A DNA stretch of 64,000 bases from Methanomassiliicoccaceae archaeon. GTDB taxonomy: Archaea > Thermoplasmatota > Thermoplasmata > Methanomassiliicoccales > Methanomassiliicoccaceae. The stretch spans positions 256,001-320,000 of the forward strand of contig CAVSJV010000002.1 of NCBI GenBank assembly GCA_963728405.1, written 5' to 3'. Position 1 is the first letter of the stretch. Each line of letters opens with the position of its first letter. The notes below the pieces were generated by a model. It was not told the DNA's origin. It was given only the letters and a program-made list of their open reading frames with translations, and did no database searches. Below, in pieces: positions 50,278 through 60,064 of the stretch. The translations under genes and the position numbers were made by a program.

Positions 50278-51534
50278 ATGTGGAAGCAGCTGGACATCGA
50301 GCAGTGGAGCGTCAGCCGGCGAGGTAGTCTATCGGAGGTCCGCCCACCGGTCGAGGAGATCATCGCCCAGGTCAGGGAAAGAGGGGACGAGGCCCTTTTC
50401 CAGTTGACCCATAAGTTCGATAAGGTCCAACTCGATCACTTGCGCGTCTCGAGGTTGGAGATCGAGGAAGCCTACCATAAGGTGGACTCCTCGCTGGTGG
50501 ATGCGTTGAGGCGGTCCAAGGCCAATATCGAGGCGTTCCACCGGATGCAGCGGCCGGCCGATCTGTGGACCAGGGAGGTCGCCCCTGGCCTGGTACTGGG
50601 TGTCAAGAACACACCTCTGGATCGCATTGGTATCTATGTTCCAGGAGGACGCGCCTCGTATCCATCGACGGTCCTGATGTGCGCCATCCCGGCCAAGGTG
50701 GCCGGGGTGGTCAACGTTGTCATGTGCACACCTCCGCCAGTGAATCCGCTGACCTTGATCGCCGCTGACATCGCCGGGGTGGACGCCATTTATACAGTGG
50801 GCGGGGCGCAGGCCGTGGCGGCCATGGCCATGGGTACGAAGAGCATCTCTCCGGTCCAGAAGATCGTCGGTCCCGGGAATGTGTATGTTACCACGGCCAA
50901 GATGTTGCTGCGGGATATGGTGGAGATAGACTCACCGGCCGGACCGTCAGAGATCGCCATCCTGGCCGACTCCTCGGCGGACGAGACGTTCATCGCCGCC
51001 GATATCCTGGCCCAGGCGGAGCATGACCCCAATGCGGCCTGTGTCCTGGTGACCACCGACGAGGTGTTGGCCGGAAAGGTCGGCCGTGAAGTGGAAAAGA
51101 TGGCCGCTCGGGCCGAGCGAAAGGAGATCGTCAGCAAGGCATTGCTCAACTCCGGCTATGTTCTCGCTAGAGATATCCATTCGGCCATCGAGCTGGTCAA
51201 CTACATCGCTCCGGAGCATCTGTCCATCCAGGTCAGCGATCCGCTGGCGGCGCTCCAAGGCATAAGGAATGCCGGTTCCATCTTCGTCGGCAAGTACGCC
51301 GCAGTGGCACTGGGCGATTATGCCTCCGGTACCAATCACGTGCTTCCGACGGCCGGTTATGCGCACGTGCATTCCGGTCTGGATGTCGCCCACTTCATGA
51401 AGCGGTCCTCGGTACAGATCGTTGAACGGGAAGGGCTGGAATCATTGAGCGAGACGGTGGAGGCATTGGCCAAGGCCGAGGGCCTGCATGCCCATGCCCG
51501 TTCGGTTCGCCTCCGCCGAGAGAGCTCACCGTGA
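50278..51534 (+). CDS. hisD: Histidinol dehydrogenase
   Basis: GIYVPGG, GGAQAVAAMA, GPGN.YV..AK, AGPSE, QAEHD, APEHL, GDYASGTNHVLPT, EGL.AHA. Confidence 0.98.
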   Translation: MWKQLDIEQWSVSRRGSLSEVRPPVEEIIAQVRERGDEALFQLTHKFDKVQLDHLRVSRLEIEEAYHKVDSSLVDALRRSKANIEAFHRMQRPADLWTREVAPGLVLGVKNTPLDRIGIYVPGGRASYPSTVLMCAIPAKVAGVVNVVMCTPPPVNPLTLIAADIAGVDAIYTVGGAQAVAAMAMGTKSISPVQKIVGPGNVYVTTAKMLLRDMVEIDSPAGPSEIAILADSSADETFIAADILAQAEHDPNAACVLVTTDEVLAGKVGREVEKMAARAERKEIVSKALLNSGYVLARDIHSAIELVNYIAPEHLSIQVSDPLAALQGIRNAGSIFVGKYAAVALGDYASGTNHVLPTAGYAHVHSGLDVAHFMKRSSVQIVEREGLESLSETVEALAKAEGLHAHARSVRLRRESSP

Positions 51535-52317
51535 GACGGTGCGCCTGAACAGAGCGGTGGTGGCGGTCAAGGTGACCGCCCCTACTGCGATGATGACCAG
51601 GAAGCAGGCCCCTATCGTGGCCCAGTCAAAGCCGGTGATTATGAGGCTATGCAGTGCATTGGCCACATAGGTCACTGGGTTGTAATTGGACACTGTTTGC
51701 ACCCATTGCGGGAGAAGTTGTTCCGGCATGACCGCTGTGGAAAGGAAGAGCAGAGGGAGTGTCGTGAGTAGGCTGATCAGCAGGGTCGATTCTGAGTTAC
51801 CGGTGGCGAGCGCAATGAAGGTCGATATGCCCGACCAGGCAATGCCGAAGGTGAGAGCGATGATCAGGATGAGGACCACTCCGCCGATGCCCGTTATGAC
51901 CGTTACACCGACCAGATAAGCAAGCGTCAGGATGATAAGTGATTGTATAAGGATCCGGAAACCATCACTGAAGACCTTTCCCAGAAGGATGGAGGAACGG
52001 TGGATGGGCGCCACTTTCATCTTATCCATGAAACCGGACTCCAGGTCATCGACCATCCCGATGCCGGACTGGAGGGCGCTGGTGAGGACCGTCTGGATTA
52101 TCACCGCGGCAGTGAAGAAGGTGATATAGGATGATGTTCCAGTGATCTGCGCGAAACCTGGAATGTTGGCCACCGCCTGGAACGCTTGAGTGAATAGCAG
52201 GAACCACACCAGGGGCTGGACCAGAGAGAAGAACAGGAAGGTGGGCCGGCGAAAGATCTTACGCACCCATCGCCGGAAGATGGCATATGTTTCCGTTAAG
52301 GCGCCCTTCCAGCTCAT
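51526..52317 (-). CDS. ABC-2 type exporter permease (DrrB-like)
   Basis: LVQPLVWFLLF, D.ESGFM....VAP, LP.W...VS.YNP.TY. Confidence 0.92.
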   Translation of the reverse strand: MSWKGALTETYAIFRRWVRKIFRRPTFLFFSLVQPLVWFLLFTQAFQAVANIPGFAQITGTSSYITFFTAAVIIQTVLTSALQSGIGMVDDLESGFMDKMKVAPIHRSSILLGKVFSDGFRILIQSLIILTLAYLVGVTVITGIGGVVLILIIALTFGIAWSGISTFIALATGNSESTLLISLLTTLPLLFLSTAVMPEQLLPQWVQTVSNYNPVTYVANALHSLIITGFDWATIGACFLVIIAVGAVTLTATTALFRRTVSR

Positions 52318-53336
52318 GTTCTTCTCCTCGCTCCCGGTCGGCGTGAAGGCATGGGGCGGGCCTCTTCGACCCTCAGCTTCCGGCCGGTGAATTTCAGGAA
52401 CACGTCGTCTAGGGACGGCACGGCCAGGGTCAGCCGCTCGATCCTATGTCCTTCCTCGTCCATGGCCCTGACCAGCTGGGGGATGATGGCCGGTCCGTTC
52501 TCCGCGTAGATTATCAATCCACCCTGGCAAAGAATGCCGTTCTCGCAACCCCTGACCTCCTTGACCCCGGGCATGCTCCTCAATAGGTCGATGGTCCCTT
52601 CGAGCGGTGGCGCAGCTCCCTCGGCGAAGGCTAACTGGACCTGGTCGGCACCTATCTGGGCCTTTAGCTCTGCAGGCCTGCCCTGGGCCACGATCTTGCC
52701 GTGATCGATGATGCATAGACGATCGGCCAGCCGGTCCGCTTCCTCCATATATTGAGTGGTGAGGAAGATGGTCATCCCGTCCTGGTTCAGCTTCCGGATG
52801 TACTCCCACACGACCGATCGGGACTGGGGATCGAGCCCGGTGGTCGGCTCGTCCAGGAACAGCAACTTGGGCCGGGCGATCAGGGCAGTGCCCAGGTCCA
52901 ACCTTTTCCGCATCCCCCCCGAATAGGTACCAGCGCGCCGGTCTGCCGCATCCTCCAGACCGATCGTCCCGATGACCTCCTCGACCCGGGGGGCTATCTC
53001 CGCTCGGGCGATATGGTGGAAACGACACTGAAGCTCTAGGTTCTCCCGGCCGGTAAGGTCATCGTCCAGACCGACCTCTTGAGATGCATAGCCAATGATC
53101 GACCTGACATCGGTGGCCTGCTCCTCGAGGTCCATTCCGTCGATCTCCGTCCTTCCCGATGTCCGCCTCAGCAAGGTCGTGAGCACCTTGATGGTCGTCG
53201 ACTTGCCGGCCCCGTTGGGCCCCAGGAAGCCGAATATCTCGCCCCGGCGGACCGAGAACGAGATATCGTCCACCGCCCTCAGTTCGCCAAAGGACTTGAG
53301 AAGGTGCTCGACCACCACAATGTCGTCGGCGCTCAC
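52314..53336 (-). CDS. ABC exporter ATPase (DrrA-like)
   Basis: GPNGAGKST, YSGGMRKR, FLDEPTTGLDP, TTQYMEEA, SLDDVFL..TG. Confidence 0.95.
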   Translation of the reverse strand: MSADDIVVVEHLLKSFGELRAVDDISFSVRRGEIFGFLGPNGAGKSTTIKVLTTLLRRTSGRTEIDGMDLEEQATDVRSIIGYASQEVGLDDDLTGRENLELQCRFHHIARAEIAPRVEEVIGTIGLEDAADRRAGTYSGGMRKRLDLGTALIARPKLLFLDEPTTGLDPQSRSVVWEYIRKLNQDGMTIFLTTQYMEEADRLADRLCIIDHGKIVAQGRPAELKAQIGADQVQLAFAEGAAPPLEGTIDLLRSMPGVKEVRGCENGILCQGGLIIYAENGPAIIPQLVRAMDEEGHRIERLTLAVPSLDDVFLKFTGRKLRVEEARPMPSRRPGARRRT

Positions 53337-54011
53337 GGTCCTACCTGCTCATGGCAGAACCACCAATCCAGGCAGCCCTGCCTCCCCTTACGCTGTTCGG
53401 CCTCGGCCTCATTGGACGGGGCGTGGAGAAGTACATCGGACCCTATGAACTCGTTCTCGGGCCAGTTGGCCGGCGTCGCTACATGGTGCTTCTCCACGAT
53501 CTGCAGGGCCCGCATCATCCTCAGCAGTTCCTTGAGGTTACGGCCGACCCCCTTCGGATAGTACATCAGTGACCGTACCTCCCCTTTTGGATCGACCATG
53601 ATGATCGCTCTAATAGCTCCCTTTCCCGAGGCTGGATGTATTGCCCCTAAGGCCCGGGCGGTGTCCCCGAACGGATCGGCGATGATGGGGAAGGTCGATC
53701 TTTACCCCAAGCTTGTCCTTGATCCACTGCGCCCATATGATATGCGATTGGACCTGATCGATCGACAGACCAATGAGCTCGCAGCCCAGTTCCTTGAACT
53801 CCTCGTGATGGAGGGCGAAGGATGCGAACTCGGTTGTGCAGACGGGGGTGAAGTCCCCGGGATGGCTAAACAGCATGAACCATTTTCCTGCGAAGTGCTC
53901 GGGCAAGATCAATTGACCATGGGTGGTGGTGACCTCCATACGAGGAAATGGCTCCCCTATGCAAGGTATCTCCACCCTGGTCCCGTTGTTCTGTGAGCTT
54001 GGTCCGATCAT
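53333..54011 (-). CDS. Peroxiredoxin (archaeal Prx6 type); +1 frameshift at ~53693
   Basis: [21 protein letters not shown] after the shift, YP..VGRN..E, TPANWP, CLDWWFC. Confidence 0.92.
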
Positions 54012-54095
54012 GGGTATCCTCAAATGATTCAACCGGTTCTGATAGTTCTTGAGCTTTCGCTCCAAAGGCCACAAGTTTCGAGTACCGGACCGATC

Positions 54096-54655
54096 ATGAC
54101 TGCCAGGGAGAAGATGGTCGATCTCAGGGATCTCGAAGGGGCGATGCTGGTATGGAAACAGGTAACGGCCGAGCACCGTTTCTATGAGCTGAAGGACGGG
54201 GATGTGCGACTTGCATCCTTGACCCTTTCCCGGAGCATTCGGTACCTTGGCCGAGGGAGAGTTCGAAAATTGCAGGTATACCTTCAAGCGTACTGGGTTC
54301 CTGCATCCGCGGGTCACCATTCGCCGCCTTGGTTCGGAGGAGAACCTGGGCCTGGTCCGCTTGACCCTGGGAGGGAACGGCACTCTGGAGTTCACCGACG
54401 GGAAAAGGTACAGTTTCCACCGCCTTTCCTTTTGGACCAATCGCTGGGGCTTCTCTGACGAGCAAGGCAACCTGCTCTTGAGCATGCGCATCCACACCCC
54501 TTTCGTGAGGCATGATGGGGAGGTAGTACTGGAGGCGGGCAAGGGGGACCAGTACACCTCGATAATGATACTGCTCGGCTGGTACATGATCGCTCAGATG
54601 GCCGAGGAAGGAGAAGATCGCCGCGGTGGGCGCCGCCGGCAATATTCTCCATTGA
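54096..54655 (+). CDS. Hypothetical beta-rich protein, paralogue A; frameshifts at ~54224 and ~54610
   Basis: Reconstructed W....E...YELKDG...[16 protein letters not shown]....[11 protein letters not shown]; C-terminal LLGWY helix. Confidence 0.6.
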
Positions 54656-54664
54656 GGTGTCGCT

Positions 54665-55134
54665 ATGCCACAGATGTTCGGGAGCTCGGAATGGATCAGA
54701 CCCCAGGCCTGGAAGCTCGACTGGGAACTGCTCAAGGACGGCCAGGTCGTCGCCACCATGTCCTCCCCAGGCTGTTCGGAACCGCGGTGGCGGCCACGTT
54801 CGGCGAGGATATGTTCTCCCTGAGGAAGGGCGGGCTGAGGAAGCCGTGTGCGGTCATTCGGGAGCTGCAGGAAGAGGGTGACCTCGCCGTGCTGGAGTTC
54901 GATTTCATCGGGAAGGGGACCATCACCGCGGGCACCTCCCTTTATCAATGGGAACGGATCGGCGAGGGTGAGCAATGGACCCTTTCACAGGAAGGCCGGG
55001 GCATCATCTTCACTTTGGCCCGCGATACTCGGAGCAAGTACCCCACCGGAAAGGTCGAGGTCGATATCGGAGATCCTTTCCTGCCCCCCCTGCTACTGCT
55101 GACCTGGTTCATCGTGTCGACCTCTGAATGCTGA
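54665..55134 (+). CDS. Hypothetical beta-rich protein, paralogue B; frameshift at ~54765
   Basis: GAGGTG RBS; W.RP.AWKLDWELLKDGQVVATM.(F)PRLFGT....FSLRKGGLRKP; C-terminal LLLTWF; aligns by eye with paralogue A. Confidence 0.6.
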
Positions 55135-55229
55135 GGCCAGGTCCGTCCGGTGTGATTCTACATCCTCACTTGGAATGCTGTAATCGCCCTGTTTCCCACC
55201 TTATTTCCCAATAGAAGGGGGAGTACAAA

Positions 55230-55664
55230 GGGACCGAGGCCCAGAAACAGATCCTGCGGAGCCTCTAGGAGTCCTATCCCATAAAGGTCGACGAGATCGT
55301 ACTGATCGCCGCGGCCCAGTAACCGATGAAGGATGTCCCTACCGACCAGACATCCGGGGATCTGCGCGAGCTCAGGGGCCAGGGGTTGATCGAGGGATCG
55401 GCGGTAAGAGCGCCTTCGGGCAGACCGGTACCTATCGATTCAGATATCCCCGGCTGGGATCGAGTATTTGCAGTCAATGGGGGAGAAGGGCTCCCGGGCT
55501 CCTGGTGTTTCGGCCAGGGAGATCTAGTCCCGCCTGATGGAAACCTACGACCGGATCAAGGCCGATATGGAATCGATGCGGCAGAACCCGGAGAGCTCTC
55601 CGACGGCCTTGGGGAAGGGCAGGGGGGGCAGTCCTTTCTAGCATCGCCGAATATGATCAGGTGA
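55230..55664 (+). pseudogene. Possible decayed wHTH-like gene
   Basis: One frame reads AQKQILRSL*ESYP...AAAQ*PMKD...DLRELRGQGLIEG with in-frame TAG (55266) and TAA (55320). Confidence 0.3.
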
Positions 55665-55918
55665 TCAGTACCTACTTCGTGCGGATCATCGAGACCTTAG
55701 GGGCGTTCATGGGCATACTCGTCATCCTGGTAGTGGCCATGATGGGACGCACGGCCAACTCGTTGACCGTCACTGGGGGAACGGCCATGCACAAGATCGT
55801 CGTCTCCTTGGTGTCCTTACTGGGGATATTGGTCATCGTGATCGTCATCCTGTTCTATGCCGTCCGGGAGCGGTCATTGAAGATGCCCCCGACCGAACCG
55901 TTGACCATGTCCGAGTAG
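55661..55918 (+). CDS. Small two-TM membrane protein
   Basis: Two strongly hydrophobic helices. Confidence 0.55.
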   Translation: MISTYFVRIIETLGAFMGILVILVVAMMGRTANSLTVTGGTAMHKIVVSLVSLLGILVIVIVILFYAVRERSLKMPPTEPLTMSE

Positions 55919-55999
55919 CTGACCCATCAGGCTGGGGACGATATCAAAATCGAGACCCTGGGGTAGCAGAGTTATATTATCCAATGGCGGTCGATACTT

Positions 56000-56731
56000 A
56001 TGAACGGCAGTGTCGGGAACACTGAGATCTCGACCTTGAACAAGGACGGCGAGAAAGAACAACGGCCAAATCCTCACCCTTCCACGCCGGTCCTGGACGA
56101 TCTCGCTCGGTTCAAGGGATGCAGGGTCATGGTGTTCTCCCCCCATCCACATGATGACGTGCTCGGCTGCGGTGGTACGATCCGTTCTCTTTTCGAAAAA
56201 GGGTGCAATATCTTGGCGATATACATGACCGACGGCCGGTTCGGCTCACCCGCTCTACCCTTGGAGGAGGTCGCCCCTATTCGCCGGTTGGAAACGGTCA
56301 ACTCGGCCACCGTGCTTGGTATCGGCAATCTGCAGTTCCTCAATCGGCCGGACCTCGGGCTAATGTGCGACAGGACCACCGTCAGAGAGGCCAGGGAGGC
56401 CGTGGATGCTTTCTCTCCGACCCTTATATTCACACCCGGCCGGGAGGACGGACACCCCGACCATCGGGCCGCCTCGCGTATCGTCCAGGCTGCCACCGCC
56501 GGGGAAGATATCGCCGTGCTCCAGTATGAAGTGAGAACGGCCGGGCGTCCAGACCTGGTTGTCGATATCACCGGTACGATGGTTTACAAGGAGCGGGCGA
56601 TCCGGGAACACCGCTCCCAACTGGATACCGAAGACTATCTCCACAGGATCAAGGGGCTCAATTCTTATCGCTCCCTCGGACAAGGGCCAGAGGTCCGCTT
56701 CTGCGAGGCGTTCTCCTTCCCGCCAGACTAA
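56000..56731 (+). CDS. PIG-L/LmbE family deacetylase
   Basis: SPHPHDDVLGCGG, DGHPDH, K..AI..H.SQ motifs. Confidence 0.92.
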   Translation: MNGSVGNTEISTLNKDGEKEQRPNPHPSTPVLDDLARFKGCRVMVFSPHPHDDVLGCGGTIRSLFEKGCNILAIYMTDGRFGSPALPLEEVAPIRRLETVNSATVLGIGNLQFLNRPDLGLMCDRTTVREAREAVDAFSPTLIFTPGREDGHPDHRAASRIVQAATAGEDIAVLQYEVRTAGRPDLVVDITGTMVYKERAIREHRSQLDTEDYLHRIKGLNSYRSLGQGPEVRFCEAFSFPPD

Positions 56732-56894
56732 AAGATGATAGGGAAGGCAGTACTGTAGATCCCTATGGCGCTTGGTACCTGGCTGCCCCCCTCCTCAAAG
56801 AGGCTGACCGGCACAGACCGCGTCCGACACGACCTCGACAATGCGTTGCCCAGACAGGATAGATTATTGATGGTCCGGACAGATACCATGCTCG

Positions 56895-57272
56895 ATGAGC
56901 GAGCGATCAATAGGGCAGAAGTTGCATCTCAAGCCTGGACAGAGGCGCTCCCTCTCATCACCCCCGGGGAGTTTTTCGACAAGCTCAGAGGGCCTTTTCC
57001 ACGGCGCCATGGTCAACGAGGTCGAACCGGCGGCCATGGTCCTGGCGTTCATCAAGGACCGGGCGCACCTCGAACGGGCGGCCCCCCAGCTTAAGCGGCC
57101 CATGGACATGGGCGCCGCTCTCTGGGTCGCCTTTTCAAAGACCTCATCCGGAATACCCACGGCCAACAACGGGAATAAAATATGGGGGTGGGCACAGACC
57201 AATGGGATGGATGCCGTCGCCAATTGCTCGATCGATGATATCTGGCCCGTTGGAAGACTAAAGGTGCAGTGA
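56895..57272 (+). CDS. Hypothetical protein (DUF3052-like)
   Basis: SIGQKLHLKPG...ALWVAF.K...G..AVANCSIDD.W pattern. Confidence 0.65.
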   Translation: MSERSIGQKLHLKPGQRRSLSSPPGSFSTSSEGLFHGAMVNEVEPAAMVLAFIKDRAHLERAAPQLKRPMDMGAALWVAFSKTSSGIPTANNGNKIWGWAQTNGMDAVANCSIDDIWPVGRLKVQ

Positions 57273-57278
57273 TCCGGG

Positions 57279-57911
57279 ATGGCTCAACCCGCTCGGAGCC
57301 AGAGGGGCGCATGGGATAGGGAATATTCAAAACCGGACCCCCTATGGAAGGGACCGTCGGGGGGCGACATGCCCTCGCTCAAAGGGAAGAGGGTCCTAGA
57401 GCTCGGCTGCGGTAACGGGAAGACCGCGGCAGCCCTGGTCCGGTCGGGAGAGGAAATCGTGGCGGTCGACTATTCCAGGAAGGGCTTGGAGGCGTGCCGC
57501 CGGGGGCTAACATACAATAATCTCCTCCTGGTGGAGGCGGATGTCCGTAACTTACCCTTCACCGATGCAACCTTTGATCAAGTGGTGGCTTTCCATGTCC
57601 TGGGACATCTGCTGAAGGACGAGCGCAGAGGTGCGGTCGAGGGGATCATTCGGGTCCTGCGCCCCGGCGGCGGTCTTCTGATAAAGGTCTTCTCCAGCAA
57701 CGATATGCGGTGCGGTTCCGGAGAGCGGACCGAACCGGGAACCTATGTCAAAGGAACGGGGATATCGTGCCATTACTTCGATGCGGCCGAACTGACCGAC
57801 CTATTTCAGGATCTCCATACGGTGGTCCAAGAGGAGGTACGGGTGGAAAAGAGATATGATGGCGAGAATAGGGTCAGAGCGGAGTGGGTCGGCGCATATC
57901 AAAAACGTTAA
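57279..57911 (+). CDS. Class I SAM-dependent methyltransferase
   Basis: VLELGCGNG, AVDYS, ADVRNLPF, RVLRPGG. Confidence 0.93.
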   Translation: MAQPARSQRGAWDREYSKPDPLWKGPSGGDMPSLKGKRVLELGCGNGKTAAALVRSGEEIVAVDYSRKGLEACRRGLTYNNLLLVEADVRNLPFTDATFDQVVAFHVLGHLLKDERRGAVEGIIRVLRPGGGLLIKVFSSNDMRCGSGERTEPGTYVKGTGISCHYFDAAELTDLFQDLHTVVQEEVRVEKRYDGENRVRAEWVGAYQKR

Positions 57912-58247
57912 CAGTTGCGGCTGACCACAAGCGGTCCGGTGGGGTTCATCCATATCGGGACAGTGAAGTGGTCCTGCCACGAGGCCCTGTCCCGCTCGGT
58001 CGGATCGACAAACTTCGCCTCTATCTGCCGGTGGGCCAACTTGCCTTCCAGGATATGGCTGGCCTCATTATCGCGATGAACACCCTGGAGAGGCCATTGT
58101 CCCCCGATAGGACCATGGCCAAGCTCATTGGCCAGACCACGCAGCCCATGGTCCCCAGAACATTCCCTAAACCCATCGGTCACTTGTTCATCCCGCGATA
58201 AGATTATCCTTTCAATATCTGTAGGGCGTCATGAAAATGCCGATCGA

Positions 58248-60032
58248 TCATCCCTTGATGATCTTTCTTTCCTTTCCCGGCAGCTTCCGCAGTTTCCCGT
58301 TGTCCAGGGCCCATTGGAAGTTCTCCTTCTCGGATGGGGCGACCAGGACCTTGTCGCCGGTGGCGTACTTGACCTTGGAGACCCAATCGGTGAAGCCGGA
58401 GATCACTTTGTAGACCTCAGCCTCTTCCACCAGGTCCCGACCGGAACGGGCCCCTTTGTACTGCGAGTAGTTGCCCTTGAAGAGGGTCAGAGTGCCATCG
58501 CGCATCTCGGCCACCTCGTTGCATACCGAGTCTAGAAGATAACGATCATGGGTGATGATGATGAACGTGCCGGGATACTCGGCCAGGGATATCTCGACCG
58601 CATGCTTGGCCATCAGGTCCAGGTAGTTGGTCGGCTCGTCCAGGACCAGGAAGTTGATGTCCGATGAAAGGAGGAGAGCCAGGGCGACCCGGGCTCGCTC
58701 CCCCCCCGACAGGGTGGAGATCGGTCTTTCCGTGTCCTTTTGGGTCATCATGAATCGGTACAGGAAAGCCCGGGCCTTGGCCCGGGCATCTCCCACTAAC
58801 GATTTGTTGATCTGCTCTAAGGAGGTGAGCTTGGGGTCCATCAGGTCATGTCCCTGGGCGAAATAGCCGATGCGGGCGCCGGGTGCCACCCAAAGCTCAC
58901 CCTTGGAGGGGAGCTCGCCGAGGATGGCCTTGATCAGAGTGGTCTTTCCCGCACCGTTCGGCCCGAACAGGCCGATCTTGTCCCCGGTGTCTATGTCCAG
59001 GTCGAGATCGTTGAAGATCGTCTTCCCGGCCCGGGTGACCTTGAGCCTCCGGGCGATGACCATGTTCTTGCCGGACTTCTGGGCTGCATTGATATCGATG
59101 GTCAGGTCCTTCTTTTTATCGGGAGCTTCCTTGACCTCCATCCGTTCCAGCATCTTGAGCCGGGTCTTGTGGGTTGACGAGAACCACAACGCACGGTGCT
59201 GCTCGTCGGCGATCTTGGCCTGCCGCTCCCGCTCCTTGAGATTCTTGTCAAACTCCTTTTGTTGCCGTTCGAGCTCCATGGCCTTCTTGTCCACGAACTG
59301 GGAGTAGTTGCCGGGGTAATGCCTGATCTTCGCGTTCTCCAGCTCATATACCTGGGTTACGGTCCGGTCGAGGAAATATCGGTCATGGGAGACGATGAGG
59401 ACAGCGCCCTTGAAGTTCAGAAGATAATCCTCCAGCCACTCCACGGCGTCGATGTCCAGGTGGTTGGTCGGTTCATCCAGAATGAGCAGATCGGCCTTAT
59501 CTGCCTGGCTCAGAACCTTGGCCAGCATGACCTTGGTCCTTTCCCCCCCGCTCAGTTCAGCGACCTTACCCGCCATCTTGTCCTCGATCCCGAAGGTCTT
59601 GAGATGTTCCAGTGCCCTCTCGGCATCGCTCTTAGATTGGGGTATAGCCCCTTCCTGGAGACGGGCATACTCTAGCGATATCTCGTTCCAGTCCAAGCCC
59701 AGGGGCAGTTCTCCCGAGGTCATGATGGTCTCCAGTTCTTCCATGCGCTTCTGGGCCGCGGTCTTCTGGCCCGAGCTAAGGGTCTCATGGACGGTGGTGT
59801 CGGAATCGAAGGTAGGGAACTGGGAGAGATAGACGATCTTGTTGGTGCGGACGCTGAGCTCGCCCGAATCGGGGCGGACCTCGCCGTTGATCATCTTCAG
59901 CAGGGTGGTCTTGCCGGCCCCGTTGGGCCCTACTAGTGCGACGCGGTCATTATCGTTGACCTGCATCGAGATGTTCTTGAGGAGGTCCTTGGGACCGAAG
60001 GCCTTGGAGACGCCCTCCAGGCGTACAAGCAT
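58248..60032 (-). CDS. ABC-F family ATPase (tandem ABC domains, no TM)
   Basis: Two GPNGAGKTT / LSGGE / LDEPTN sets; SHDRYFLD; Y.GNYS linker; C-terminal extension. Confidence 0.93.
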   Translation of the reverse strand: MLVRLEGVSKAFGPKDLLKNISMQVNDNDRVALVGPNGAGKTTLLKMINGEVRPDSGELSVRTNKIVYLSQFPTFDSDTTVHETLSSGQKTAAQKRMEELETIMTSGELPLGLDWNEISLEYARLQEGAIPQSKSDAERALEHLKTFGIEDKMAGKVAELSGGERTKVMLAKVLSQADKADLLILDEPTNHLDIDAVEWLEDYLLNFKGAVLIVSHDRYFLDRTVTQVYELENAKIRHYPGNYSQFVDKKAMELERQQKEFDKNLKERERQAKIADEQHRALWFSSTHKTRLKMLERMEVKEAPDKKKDLTIDINAAQKSGKNMVIARRLKVTRAGKTIFNDLDLDIDTGDKIGLFGPNGAGKTTLIKAILGELPSKGELWVAPGARIGYFAQGHDLMDPKLTSLEQINKSLVGDARAKARAFLYRFMMTQKDTERPISTLSGGERARVALALLLSSDINFLVLDEPTNYLDLMAKHAVEISLAEYPGTFIIITHDRYLLDSVCNEVAEMRDGTLTLFKGNYSQYKGARSGRDLVEEAEVYKVISGFTDWVSKVKYATGDKVLVAPSEKENFQWALDNGKLRKLPGKERKIIKG

Positions 60033-60064
60033 GCAGGCGCCATGCGGGCCATGTGGCTTAAGCT

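Noticed and set aside
57908-58201. Overlapping small ORFs between the methyltransferase and ABC-F
   Set aside because: No motif or clear start signals on either strand.
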